A stretch of DNA of 64,000 nucleotides from Styela clava (lineage: Eukaryota), in contig NC_135258.1 of the NCBI RefSeq assembly GCF_964204865.1, positions 10,850,001 through 10,914,000 on the forward strand, read 5' to 3'. Positions within the stretch are counted from its first letter, which is position 1; every line of letters begins with the position of its first letter. The notes under the pieces were generated by a model, which was given only the letters and a program-made list of their open reading frames with translations, ran no database searches and was not told the origin of the DNA. The position numbers were made by a program, and so were the translations under genes. Of the stretch, positions 49,782-63,408 are shown piece after piece.

Positions 49782-52700
49782 GCCGAATAGGCTATAACAT
49801 CAATTTTTTTCAGAATGCTTGCGTAAATGTGTAGAAGCGAAACAATCAAATGCCTGCACCCAGCAACATCATTGAAAACAAAACAGAATTAACTGTACAA
49901 GTTTTGTCTATATTTCAAATGCAGACTTTTATCAGCATTTCATTTGTCCGTAAACAAAGATGAGAAGAATCATCAGCTTTGGGCTTAAGCTTTACAGTAG
50001 CCTACAGACGCGAATCTGAAAACTGTGGAAATGAATTTCTTCAGAATAATTTCACGACCTTTGACCCTCAGTAAAGTTCAATTTCTTTTTATCAACGACT
50101 AACTTTTTGAGGCTTTTGATATAAATATTGAGGCAGCAAAAAATATAGTGCTGAATATTATAAATTGCAAAATAATCCCAATTTTTGGGTTTTTATAAAT
50201 GTCTCCCTGATCCTCGACCGCAAAGAAATCTCCCAATGATTTATCATCGCGATAATTTTTATGCTTATTTCAAAAGTGCTTTTACGAGTTGTCGCTTACA
50301 AACTGGTTTACATGTTAAATCATTATTTATTCAAAATATTTACCCATCTGCCGTTTAAAAGTGCGGATGACTAATTTTATCTTAGTCCATCGCAGCTTAG
50401 TTTTGTATTCCTGCAACTCTCTCTTTTTTCATACCTCATTTAAATATGTTTGGTGCGTATTTTCAGCATGGTGAAGAAATAAACTACTAAATATTACTGT
50501 CTGAGCGGCTTTACTGATTACAGTTGTTACATCATCGTCACTTAGTTAAGGAAGAATGAAAATATGATATATGGAATGCACACCGGAAAAGATCTGATTC
50601 AATGTAGCTACTTTTAATGGAAAAAATGGGATTAAAATCAAAGCTACGTCTAAGGGCCGTAATCTACTTATCTGGGAATGTGATATCTTTAGAAGAAGCT
50701 CGCGATAATCATAAAGAAACAAAAGTTATCCGAACTGTAGATCAGATCAGATTTTCACAACTTGATTTTCAAGCGTTTGACAAAAAGAAATGATAGTTTA
50801 GGATATCAGCCGACCTGTTTGCATACTGAAGATTTTGGTTTGGTAAAACTGGTTAAAAAGGAGTTAATTTCATGGCTTATCGTCATTGGCAAATTCTCAA
50901 GATTATAAATTTTTAAATGAAAACTTTCCAAATTCGGACCATTTCTTTAAACAAAAAGCAACGCCCGAAACTAGTTTTCGAGTTTTTACATTTGTTTGTT
51001 GACTTTTTAGCTTTGTTTATTTACTAAGAAAAACAGCAGCTGATGCTAATCACTTAGATTTCATTATTGGGATTCGCATTTTGGCACATGCACCAACACA
51101 TACCTCTCATTCTACTTATTTCGCAATCTTCACCACTTTCACCCACCAAACTTATATACAACTGTAAAAGTAAGCTTAGCCCGTGAATATAACTTTCTCG
51201 TGTTCATGTATGCGGTTTATGAACTTTTCTTTTAGTTAGATTGTCGTGATGTGTTTTTTTCACTTGTGTGAGTGTTTGTGAATGGGCACACACGCTGGTT
51301 AAAGCGTTCGCTATGACCGTTCTCTAGGTTTTGCCCATTTTCCCGGCTCTTCTGTCGCCATTGTATGTCTATTGTTTTTTTTTTATGCGCGTTCAGTGTT
51401 GTAGACGAAAGATAGAAATAAAGTTGTATTGTATTATTGTAGTTATGCAGGGCTTTGTGGGCTAGCCTACGAAATTGCGTCATGAGATGAATAACAATAG
51501 CAAAATGAAAATATCTACCACTATGGTGGGATTGAGAAAACATCGTGTTAATGGTTTATTTTCCTACGTCGTTAATGAGTTGAATCAACAAATACTCGTT
51601 ATTCTATAAATACTTAACACGTGGTGTATTTTTCCAGATGTAAAAACAACAACTTTTTGATTTCTCGTTCGTTTGGGAACCACTGTGATAGAACATTGAG
51701 AGATTTGTTGTAGGTATTTAATAGTTTTCCGAAGCCGCTTCAGATTACAGAAGGTCAACTAAATCTTCTCCGAAGACGGAACGACAACTAAGTTCTTCAA
51801 TTTCTACATGGGTATAGGGAAAATAGAAAAGTTACAGAGGAGTCAATATTTACATCAACATTTCATGTTGAAAAATCTGTCGAGTGAAAAAAGCGTTCTA
51901 GGTGTTTAAATGAATTTCGATTATTGTGCAACGGTTGAATTCTAATCGTAGAATTCAATAAATTATTTCAAAATTCTGCAGTAAAACGCTATCACGGAAG
52001 ACGAACTCCTCCACTTCATCAAACGTGTGGCAAACAGGCAATAACACTTTCTCACATTTTACAACATCAATATAAAACAGAGGCAATTTCATGTAACGGG
52101 AAGGACAACTTTTCCTTCGTGTGTTGGCTATATTGGAGCCTTGGTTATTACCCCGCGTATCGAATAAACCATCATGGGCCAGCGTTAATTCATATTCTTG
52201 TATCACCTCCAAGTAAATTAAAAACAATAATCAACATAAAACCAGTGTATTTCAGTTCATTTTATTACAAAATATGATGTAACTAGATGCGTGTAAAGAG
52301 AACTTATCTATTTGATTTCATCATCACAACATGACAGGGATGCTTAATCAATCTTGATAACACGCTCCAGTTTAAAAAAATCAACAGAAAATTGAGTTAG
52401 GAAAATAAACATCAGAAAATAGACAACAAAAATTACCATCATTAAAAACACAGAATGAATAGAAACAGAAAATGAGGTTTGAATTCTTCTCGAAATTCCG
52501 CCATTTCAGATTCCGAACAATTCGGATATTAAGAAGCATTTCGCTTATAAGTTTTTTCTCACACACAAAGCTAACAAAATAGCACCTCCTACTTTTACAT
52601 TTTTATATCATTTTTGTGACATACTGGAAAACACATTAAAAACGTGATAGCGAGCGAGTGTACTGCAAGCGAGCGAGTGAAGTACTGTACAAATGTCAAT

Positions 52701-52905
52701 GTAATATCTCAAATATAAGCTAGCATTATATAGGAAACATTGTAAATTCTTTCAAATAAAAGTGTCTCCAATATTCAGAACACTACAGTTGGTATGTATA
52801 GGGTACACCTGAAGATTAAAGAGGTTTAAATGAAGGTAGAATTAGATGTTTTGCTATTTATAAAACATATTACGGGAATTCGGACAATGAAAATACCTGT
52901 CATTC

Positions 52906-53097
52906 AGTACTTCCGTAGTGTATGTGCCAGGTTAGCGTCGGGCCACAATTTTATTCCAATTTTAGTTATATTACGAGTTCGGGGACTGGCTATGTTAGCT
53001 AAGTGAATATAGGTTTCAGTCCATTTACACAACTTGATGTAAAGTAGGCGAACAAAATCAGTTATCTTCATATGGGTACATACACTTCTGGAGAGCC
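52906..53097. mobile_element. MITE family A (asymmetric form), probably in the SLC20A 3' UTR region
   Basis: Reverse-orientation homologue of 38229-38442. Perfect TSD tgtcattc (52898-52905, 53098-53105). Confidence 0.8.
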
Positions 53098-53535
53098 TGT
53101 CATTCTTGTGAAGTTTTCAGGCCAATTTCGTCCTAAACAGTGTAAAACTACTTCATATGGCATCAGTTGGATACGTATGTGTGGAAATAGGTAGCGAGTG
53201 TTGGAAGTATTTGAAATGAATTACAAGATTTTCGTCAAATCTAGTTAGGCAGATTTGATAAAAAATTATTACAATGGTAATGTTTGTTCAGATGTGACAA
53301 AATTTTCTATATCTTATTTCTCGTTTCTTGAAAATAAAAAAATTCTTGAAAATTCGTCTTTGGGTGTGATATTGGTTCTTGCATAGTTGATATTCTGGAA
53401 AGTTTTGGTGTGAAAAGAACTTTCTTTTGTTCAAGAAAAGCTAAAAAGTAGCACTAGGCTCTGGCATGGGGCATGTACAAATGTAGTTTTATCTATGTAC
53501 CATGTATGAGCCGAGGTACCAAAAGTAAAGGTTCG

Positions 53536-56500
53536 TTATGTGGCGATCAGTAGAAGCACATACATCACTCCGGCACTGATTAGCCCCGATACTGGCACAG
53601 TGACAAACCAAGCGATTGCAATGTTACGTACAGTACTCCAAGTTACAGCACTGCGGGATCGAAACCACCCGATAGAGACGACAGATCCAACCTAAATGAA
53701 ATGAACAACGAAATTAAGATATTATGATCGGTTAAGACTTTTTTTTTTTAAATAAAGAGCACCTGTACGTGTACCGTAAGGTAAGATATCTTATCTGACT
53801 GGGCACTGATTTTGCTCAAAAAAAGGCGGGATAGAGTAAAAACACTCCCATTCTACGAACACTCATTCTGTGGAATTTATTTTCGTATAACATCATGAGG
53901 GTGGTAGAAATATTCATGTCTAAACAGATTTCTTACCTTGCAATGTGTAGTTGATACAGGTATTCCAATGTTTGAGGCAATTAGTACAGTCAATGCAGTC
54001 ATAAGCTCGATACAGAAACCCCTGAAAAGTGAGAAAGGGGGAATATTATATCGGTATATCCAGTTATAATGCAAGGATGTCAGTGAAAACGTCAGTTTAA
54101 GTCAAAAGCAGTGATATTTGAGAAATATCAATCCTAAGAATCCAGACATTAGAATTGTTGTTTTATCTTTAGACTAGCATAAAAATCAATTTAGAATACC
54201 CAAAATCGCATGAGTATTCACAAGAATAGACTTATCATAACGGCCAGAATTGCAGCAGATACATAACTAGTATTAATGCCACAAATATATTTTAGGGGGT
54301 ACGTGAGCTTTGAAAGTACAAGTAACCTAAATGGCAAAATGAAAATATTGGCCATTCGACAATGTAGAGCAACTTGGAAAGATGACAAATCAAGGGCAAC
54401 TAGGCTCACAGCATAACGAAATATGTTATTCATTTAATTATTAACGAACAGGTTCGTTTCCTCAAGCCTTATCCACGTTGTCATTTGATCAGATCAATGG
54501 TGCGTTTGACAATGATTTATTTGCGGCACTGGTGCTCCCGAAGTATTCGTACCAAGATGGCGCACAACCTGAACATAGTATGAGTACCAGGTTAGGGCTG
54601 TTCAGGTTGTGCGTCATCTTGGTACGAATACTTCCGGAGCGCCGCGGCACTTGTATATTAATTGCTTTTGATAGGGGTCTAAAGCCCTCAAAAAAACAAA
54701 GAAGTCTGTGGCGCTGAATGAATTAGGAACCACTGACTAAAATGTCTAAAAGGATTGGACAATACCGAAGCGACCAATCTCAATTCTTAGCATACCTGGA
54801 AGGTGTGATTTTTGTCAAGTCGCTTCCTATCGTTCTGATCACCCTTCTTCCAAGAATCCACAGCCCAGCAATGATCCCCAATCCCCCATATAATAACAAA
54901 TACCACGGTGTAGCTGCCTTCTGAACAACATTGCCAGAATGGTAGATCAACCAAAGTGCGATGAGTGGCCCAATTGCATTGCTGAAAAGAATAAGATGAA
55001 TAAGACAAAATGTTATCAACAAAAACTTGGATTCATGGAAGCATCTTCCTGTTCAAATTTTCTTTGTATTTATTGCCTTTTTGAGTTCCTGACAAAAACA
55101 TTTGACTCCGACTCCCACTTATACAAGTTTGAAATTCCAACTGCGGGGAATGCAGAAGAATTGACTCTAAGTCCAACCCACGGATACTGGAAATAAATGC
55201 GACGCCGTACCTCATAGTTTATATCGTTGAATACCCGAGACAACGACACTCAACACATGTCCCAAGATGAGTCAATTCTGTTAGCAAACTTGCCACCAGA
55301 ATCCTAGTTTTAATTTGAACACAAAAATAATTACAACAGTGAACATACCTGACATCATTACCACCGTGTGCAAAACTTCCAAAACAAGCCGTTAAGATTT
55401 GAAGTGTGGAAAATAACAAACGAACAGATGGTGGATCTTCTTCTTCCTCCTTGTCGTCTTCATCTAGTTTGTCTGTTTTGTCTATCGAAGGCTCTTTCAA
55501 TTGCGACTAGGATTAGTAAAAAGGGAAATCTTTATTTGACCACCAAGCGCTGTATTGCTATGTTATTCGGTGGATATTATTCAATTTTAGACACCATATA
55601 GTGTAGAATTGAGGCGGTACTGGTAGGATTATCAACTGAGCCAGCATTAACTATTGCCGGGCCAGATTGCGCTGGGCCTAGTCCACAAAGAGGTAAGAAT
55701 ATTAACTGAAAATTAGGCTTAGAATGAGCGCGCAGCCCACTACGATAGCACAGGTAGTAGTGGCCAAAGGCTGGCGCTGGTTATCAAGCATTGTCCCAGT
55801 GCTAAAGGCAAAGTTTACGATCCCGCCGACAACCAACGACACCCAGCGTGTAATAAATTAGGTAGGCAATGCCGAACGGGAAAGATAGCTTCTCGCATAT
55901 CGTTAGATAACAGTGCTTGTACCGGGCCTAGTTTAAAGCGAAAAACTATATACAGCGTCGAATGAGTTGTTTTATTTTTTAAAATTCTTATTATTTAGCC
56001 ATTACAGTATTATTATTTTTTTCTAATTTACCGATATCACCCCCAAATTTTGCTCTCATATGACATTCGACACAAGTCTTTTAACATTTCGCAGATATTT
56101 CATTTGCCATATTAGTAGCCATATTATTAGTTTACATTCACGTGCATATATTTGAACATTGCTCTCTTGTTTTACATTACCTTGTTCATAATAGGATCTT
56201 CGTACGCCGAATCGTCATCGCCGTAAGATTCAGATTTCTTTATTGAAGGTGATTTCAGTTTCAATTTCTAAATTGAAGCATAAAATATAAAAAATAACGA
56301 GTTCTATATTACACGCATTTTAGGTATATTTGATGTTGGAAAAATGGGATCAGGTACCTATAAAGGCAACCTTTTTCAGTCTGAATTTAACAAATACAAG
56401 TTAGAGTTATAATTCTTTTTTTATTCAGCGCTTTTCACGCCTTTTATGCTGAATACGGCTATGTACTAGTAGTCACTGAAGAACGTTTTTTTGTGGAAGA

Positions 56501-59500
56501 ACTGGAATCATTTCATTTCCACTCAATTTTTATACATGAGTGAGGTGGCATACATAGGAATTAAACTGAAGATTTGAAACCTCCGATAACAACATAGTCA
56601 AGACCAACCCTTTAACCATTCGGTCATCGCCACCACTAAATAACAATAAGTCGATTTATGTACCGTAACAAACACAAGATTTATAGCTTTATTTTGCCTC
56701 ATAGGCGTTTGGTAAAATGACCTTTGGAACTTGGCGACTAGCTCGACTTGAAGTATTCGTCAATCGTCACCATCTATTGCCTCGATGATCATAAACTCGG
56801 TTAAATTTGGTTCCGATAAAAGTTATAAATAACAGAATAGGCCAAGTATATTTAATTCTGATATTTCCATTTTTATGTGGTTTATACATGATTCAAATTT
56901 GAACGTGTTTTATTGTCGAAACCCGATTTATTTTTTTGTTTAACTTTAATCAGGAACTTTTTGACCTGAGATAACAAAATAACCCTAAGTCCAAAGTCCT
57001 AATTTATCTTCGCGGTTGCTTTAAAACATAATAATAATTGTAATTTACCGTCATGTCATCATCGGCCTCTGAAGTTTTATCGCCTGTGCTTGAGTTGTTG
57101 TCTTTGTCGTTTATTTCTGAAGAAAAAAAAAGAGCGATAACATAATCGGTGTTTGTTGGTTTGCTTACGGTAGTACACCAGGGGGCGTGCAAATAAGAAA
57201 CGTCTGGTTGTTCGAGACGACACGAAAAAGGGATAACGGAGATTCAAGAGCTTTGTAAATGTTTAATGAAAATAGAATATGTTAAACTGCCCTAACAACG
57301 ACAAACAAATGATAATTTCTCTCTATTTTTGGCACGAGGCATATTGTTTTCCACTCTCGCCGTTGTAAATAATACACTGTAAATAAAATTCTGTTCATAA
57401 AATTTTTACATCACACGCACATGGTCCGCCAGTCTAGATGGGCAAAATTTTCGGCCCCTGGCCTGGTGTCTCCCAAAATTGTTATTATTTTACACCGTGG
57501 TTGTGGCCGTAGTCATGATTTGCAACCGAAAGGAATAAATCATTGAGTCTTGTGCGTAAAGCATTAGGCCGCCGGGCCAACAATATTTAGTAAAACATTT
57601 GATATAGCACATCTATCTATCTTATACTGCACGACAAACAAAATTTGCCAATTTACTTTCAATTAAATTTGGATAATAGCAATAAGTAGGAGGGAATTAG
57701 TCAATGTTTCGCATGTAGCACAACCACGTTGTGGTCAGGTCACCTTCAAAATTCCCCAGTTATTCTACAGAACAACATTTCGCTACAGCTAGGTCTATGC
57801 AAACGGGAAATCCCCCGTTATTCGCTGCTATTATGGCACATTTAATGCACGGTAATTTTTAGTAATAATATATAACAATTGCAATTAGTTAGCTCTTTAG
57901 TAAAATTTATATGGTATCTATTTGTTGAATTTCTTCTCCCCGATCTGTCAAACTAGGTGTTAGAACCGTGGGTGTCGCAGCTCGATAACCAGTTTTGGTT
58001 CCCCGCGGCTTCCCTTCCCCAGTAATTTAAATATCATTTTTTCTATATATTTTTGCATGTGTTTTTTGTTTTTTACTGGTTGGAAAAAATAAACTTGACT
58101 TGACTTGACTTGTATGTATATACATTGATTGTTTATTACCAGCTATACATGCATTCCACGAGTAAGCCTGGCGGTAACAACTTTCCATCAGACAGAATAA
58201 TTGCGCCCAAAATTTCAAAGAATCACCTTATTTGAAAAAAAAACGTTACGAATTTTGCAATAATATTTTTGAGGGTAATACTGAAAACCACAAACGAGCG
58301 GTGACTAACAATTCTATTTTGTATACAAATTCTTCAAATAGACGCCGTTGATCGCTTAATGCACATCAGTAAATATCGCTATCTCAGCAGTTTAATTTTC
58401 AGTCAAAAACATGATGAAATATTCAATTTTTAACTTATTTTTCCATGGCCAAGTGTTTACTAACCAGGCTTCACTCCTTGTTGATTTCCCCCAACCCCCT
58501 TGAACTCTATTTTGGGGGAGAAAATTAACTTGGACTCAGAATTGTTTTAATGGCGCGTGAACTATTGCGATAAACCGAGTTTGTTTTGAAATACCAAGAA
58601 GTTTAAGAACAACATTCATACCAAGGTCGCTAGAGTACGACAATTTACCTCCCATCTGGATAAAATAACATAGATAAAGTGAATGTGTTCTACGACCTAC
58701 AGTAAACCGAGAAGGAGAGTACTTTTACGTTGAATTAGTGCGGTACTAACTAGATTAAATGTAAATCATTAAGAAAGTTTTTTCAGTCGTATTTTTAATT
58801 TTATTATTATGAGCGCACGTATTGTTATTTTGTCGGCCCGTTTCTGGAGGAAACTCGAAGCAGAGCTATTGTAGCTGAAGCGTCATTGCGCATAGTTATT
58901 AGTTTAAACCTTAAACAAAGTAACAAACACAATAATCGAAATAATCGAGAAAATGCCACAATGGACACGCGGCGCGAAAGAAATGCAAATATATAAGTAG
59001 AGGTGTAACCACGCAATCTTGTCCTTAAAAATCTCGTTCATGTATGCCATTGGAGGCGAGTAAAGACAAAAAATTATGATCGCTGCAGCATTAAGAAAAA
59101 CGAACTGAAGAATATGATGGCATTGCTCAAATTTACCATTCTTTTTCTATTTCAGAACCTAATTTCACAGCGCAGAATTAATTTCGCTTCACCGAGAACA
59201 CCGACCTTAAATACAGAAAGCACCAATGCAAATCTTTCTGGCGCACTCCATACATAGATCACGCCAAAAACCTTGGTACGACGACAAAACTCAAAGACCA
59301 ATTGGAAATCAGCCCACGGGTACACCTACCTCTCAACATACGCTGCTTAGAACATTCCAATCGATAAACACATCCTGTCATGCGTGTGTCACGTTGCTAC
59401 GAGGCCCGACGAATGACGTGGACACGCGGTGACGTCACACGTATCACGCAGACTCCGAGTGATCCTGTTTCGAGCGCGCGGCCGTTGGTCAAAAAGCACC

Positions 59501-62500
59501 GTCTGTCGTATCCTCAACAATGACGTACCGAGTTGCTGAATATTTAAAAATGGCGCGTTAAATTTCAAATGTGAATCGGTTAGGATTAATTGCCAAATAG
59601 GTTCGGGATTATGATCGTTTCATGTACGGTCAATAGATAAGGTCGGATTTTTTGTTATGCAGACTTCCGTAACTTTTAGGTCAAATTCCAATAAAATCCA
59701 GTAACTAACGGAGGCATGCGGTAACGTATATCCTATTGGCTAAGTATTGCGAAACCAGCCAATGCACGGAAGAAAGATCCATTAATGGCCCGTACTCGAA
59801 AAATTGATTCAAATTGAAAACGTTTGATTACGATATAGTTAGTATACAAGGAATAGGCTTGACATTGAACATTTAGCAAATAACACTTCAGTTATTAATT
59901 GGCGTACTTGACACTTGACATTCAACGCGTTTACTGTTTTGATTCTCTAAACTTCGTGCGGACGGAACATACATATTAATATGGTAGTTTGATGTTTTAA
60001 GATTAGGATTTTCATATTTACCACAAGAAGGAGAAAAAAAAAGGGGGGGGGGGGTTTCCCATCTTCGAAAAAAATAAAGCACCATGGCGTTTTTTTCATG
60101 TTGATAAAAGTTTTAGGTACCTAATACATCAACGATATTTTAAATACAAAGTAATTTTCGGAAATTTGGCGAAATTAACCGACGAAAAATGTGTCGAAAT
60201 CGGGAATTTTAGGAAACAGAAAAATATTTTTCGTATCTTGAGGCGTTCGATAATAAAGATATAAACCAATATATATGGATTATCCTTACCATCTAAATAT
60301 TAAATACCACATTATTCGTTTCGTTTTTTTAACAATTTAATATTAAACCAATCAAGATACCAAGACGCAAAGTATTCCCGATGGTTACCCAACTAGGCAC
60401 CGCTCAGTATGAGAAATGGCTATCGAACAGTATATATTCACACCATGTATGAACTACACGTAAAAGTATCATCGTTATGTCCAAGGACATTCTCCAATAA
60501 AGTATATAGCACCGTCTTAGAGACAGACAAAATAACATTTTTAATATTCACGTATAACTAACTGCTTGAGCGAAATGGAAATTTATAACACGCCCATCGT
60601 CGCGGAGTAGAGGAAAATACTTATGCCAATATTGACTAAAAGTAGTAGGTGTGGCCAAAGTAAACTTTTATTAAGTTAAGATTGCGGTTAGTAACGTTAC
60701 TTACGTATCAAAAGTAAAGTCACAATACCTCACCAGAGTTCGAAATATTCCCGAGTCTTAAAAATTTCATAACTTTACATAGTTAGAATTTATCAAATAT
60801 TTGTTAAATGTGCGACATTCAGACAAAATAGGATGACTATACCACGCATGCGACTCATGGCTTCTTCGTGGTGTTAAATCAACCGCAGAGAAGTACAGTA
60901 GCCACTCCCCTATGTGCTGATTTGTCCTTCGGTCTCAATTTAAGTAACCACGAAAACCTGCAAGCCCTACTTACTCATGGCCTGAGCCGTTTTTGTTTTT
61001 ACCTCGAAGTTTTTACCTCAAAGTAATAAACTAAATAATAGGATTTCACAAATTGCAATAAAATTGCAAAAGAAGAAAACGTACCGGTTTCGTATTGCTG
61101 CAAAAGACTGTCGTTTGCAGATTCATCGCCGATGATGACAGGAAAGTCAGATTGGTCGACGACAATATTCTATAAAAAAAAAATTTTTTTTACGCAAGGA
61201 AATTTACTCAAAGCACACTCACTCAAAAATGAAAAAGATTGATCCCTGAGTGAAGTTACCGATGACTAATAAAGTGCCAAGATCTACTGCGACTATTACG
61301 AATAGGCGTTAGTAAATACCGAATACACTCAAATATATTATACTTCAATTCCTAATGAGAATACTAAAATCTTTAAAATTAATGTCTCGAATTATCGTTT
61401 ATATCGAATTTTCATCACATTTAATATAGAATAATGGAATATTTCCATATCCTAAGATATAAGTGGAAGCTCGCAATGGCCTTTGTCAAAGAGAAAAATG
61501 TGTGAAGATTCGCCGTATAAAAAATTCATCGAAATAATACACTATAATTAAATTTACAATCATGATTTACTGTATTTAATATTCAATGATCCAACCCACC
61601 GTTCTTTTTCTTGGATCGTTAGGCGTTTGGTATCCAGAATCGTTGAGTACTGAATCGGTTTTGTTCTGTGACTTTGTCGGGGTTTGAAATGGGCTTGTGT
61701 CATCAGATGACCGACGCTTTACCATTGAAAGGCCAGTCAAAGATTCGATATCCATACCTGTAATAAATACGGTACAATATTATTTTTGAGTATAACAGTT
61801 AAGTAATTTTTATAGTGATTTCTTTATCGCGAAAATAAAATGAGGGAATCTAAATAATCAAGAATAAGCATATAAAATTATTAGTTCAAAACGAGAAATA
61901 ATCTAAATAGGTGAAAAATGAATATTGATTGTTATGTTTTCTATTTTTAACGCTGTCGCACGAAATGCTTAGTTTCAAAATTTACAAAATAAATAGCAAT
62001 ATACGAAATTTCAGAGAAAAAAGATAGCCCATTCACATTTTCGAGAAACTAAAACCCTAAACCCACCAGACAGAGTTATGTTAATGTCAAAAGTTTATCC
62101 CCATGAACCTGAATTATTGGCTAAATAAAAGACCGTCTTCATGATACATCAGTTATCGGTTCAGCCAAGTACGGTAAACAAGCGAAATTGCTGACTTTTG
62201 ATTTTTTTTTTACCTTTTTCAACTTATTATTATCAATCTATTTGTGCCGAATTAGGTTACAGAAAATCCGAAAACCGAGTATTGCGAAACCACCAACTTC
62301 GTAATTTTATTATTTAAAAAATGAATTATCAGGAGAAAAGAAAAGCGTCCTACAATCCAAATCGAAGCATTTTAAATGCCTGTTGCAATTCAGTTTCATA
62401 ACACTATAGAGAAAACACGATGTCGGTAAACGACGACTATCTCTCCTTGATTTTCTCGAATTCATATTCGAAATATCAATGCGAAAATTGCCGATTCAAT

Positions 62501-63408
62501 GTTACTGAATTAATCCCCGTCTTTTATCTATCATTTATCGCGATATCGCGTTGAAAAACAGTATAATTCCAACCGCCGATGTTTATCATTTTAAAACTTA
62601 GTTAGGTATGGGCCTAACTTAGCCCACTTTTAAACTAAAAATAATGTAAAAATAAATAAAAGTAATTTATAACAGTTATAAAAATAGACAATTTTTGAAT
62701 ACTTTCATGACGCATTGACGAGAAAAAGGGTCAGGGTCGTCAAAAAATGAGATTAAGATTTATCGAAACAACAAATTCGAGTTTAATTACCTTTTAATGC
62801 TTTTCTCCTCAACCTCGGAACAACCACGCATTGAACAACAACCCCAACGATTATCATAAGTCCCAAAGTAATTAATACAACCATCCATACTTCCAAATCC
62901 AGTCCAAGTACTGTGAGTAAAATGTGATTTTTTTAATATTTTTTTATTTTTTATTTTAAAATAAAAATTGTTGCTATTGGTCCTCGGGTTGTGGAAAAGA
63001 CAAGCTGTTTTATTACCAACTTTCCGAGAACAGGGCAGTCGAGTTTTGAGTTGAGTATGTCCGTTTGTGTTGTTTTGTATATATGTTCTAAAGAGAATCT
63101 AAACCCTTCCTGTCCTTTCTCATATAGTCGTAATATAGTCTAAAACTGTAATATTACCGAGGCATATCGCTCATAAAAGATAAAACAAAGTAACACTTGC
63201 GACATATTTGCCTACTAAAAGATGGAAAAGAGGGTGAAACGCCCTTAAGAAAAATATTTATTACTCCACTTTGATCGGATTTGAGCATAGGTATAGCAAA
63301 AAGATACTTACGTGGAGCTCCCGTATAGAAAATCGAAAAACAGTTGATACCGAATGTAAAGGCGTAAAAGAACGGCAAACATTTCAGTCCATTTTGCAAA
63401 GGGTTATC
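53536..63408 (-). CDS. SLC20A: Sodium-dependent phosphate transporter PiT (SLC20A1/2 family), 3' part; 5' exons lie beyond the window
   Basis: Exons include 63408-63312 ([32 protein letters not shown]), 62910-62791, 61757-61600, ~57117-57047, ~56267-56181, ~55507-55349 ([18 protein letters not shown]), ~54981-54796 (NAIGPL...[16 protein letters not shown]), ~54021-53937 (GFCIEL...[10 protein letters not shown]) and 53691-53536 (VGSVV...AWFVTVP, TAA). Confidence 0.92.
54531..54643. mobile_element. GG-terminal hairpin MITE (family A, short form)
   Basis: GGTGCTCCCGAAGTATTCGTACCAAGATGGCGCACAACCTGAAC ... GTTCAGGTTGTGCGTCATCTTGGTACGAATACTTCCGGAGCGCC. Loop contains GGTTAGGG. Perfect TSD gcggcact (54523-54530, 54644-54651). 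Confidence 0.9.
55755..55910 (+). repeat. tRNA-derived SINE copy (same family as 21690-21840)
   Basis: A-box-like tagtggccaaagg and B-box-like tacgatccc, then taataaattaggtaggcaatgccgaac, which matches the reverse complement of the 21.7-kb and 27.9-kb copies. Confidence 0.5.
58960..59765. promoter_or_regulatory. CpG-rich motif cluster (candidate enhancer or internal promoter) in a 4.5-kb SLC20A intron
   Basis: TGACGTGG (59414), GTGACGTCAC (59429), TGACGTA (59521), ATGCAAAT x2 (58983, 59226), CCAAT/ATTGG at 59223, 59298, 59357, 59735 and 59759, GGACACGCGG x2 (58963, 59420), AAAATGGCG (59547). Confidence 0.45.
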
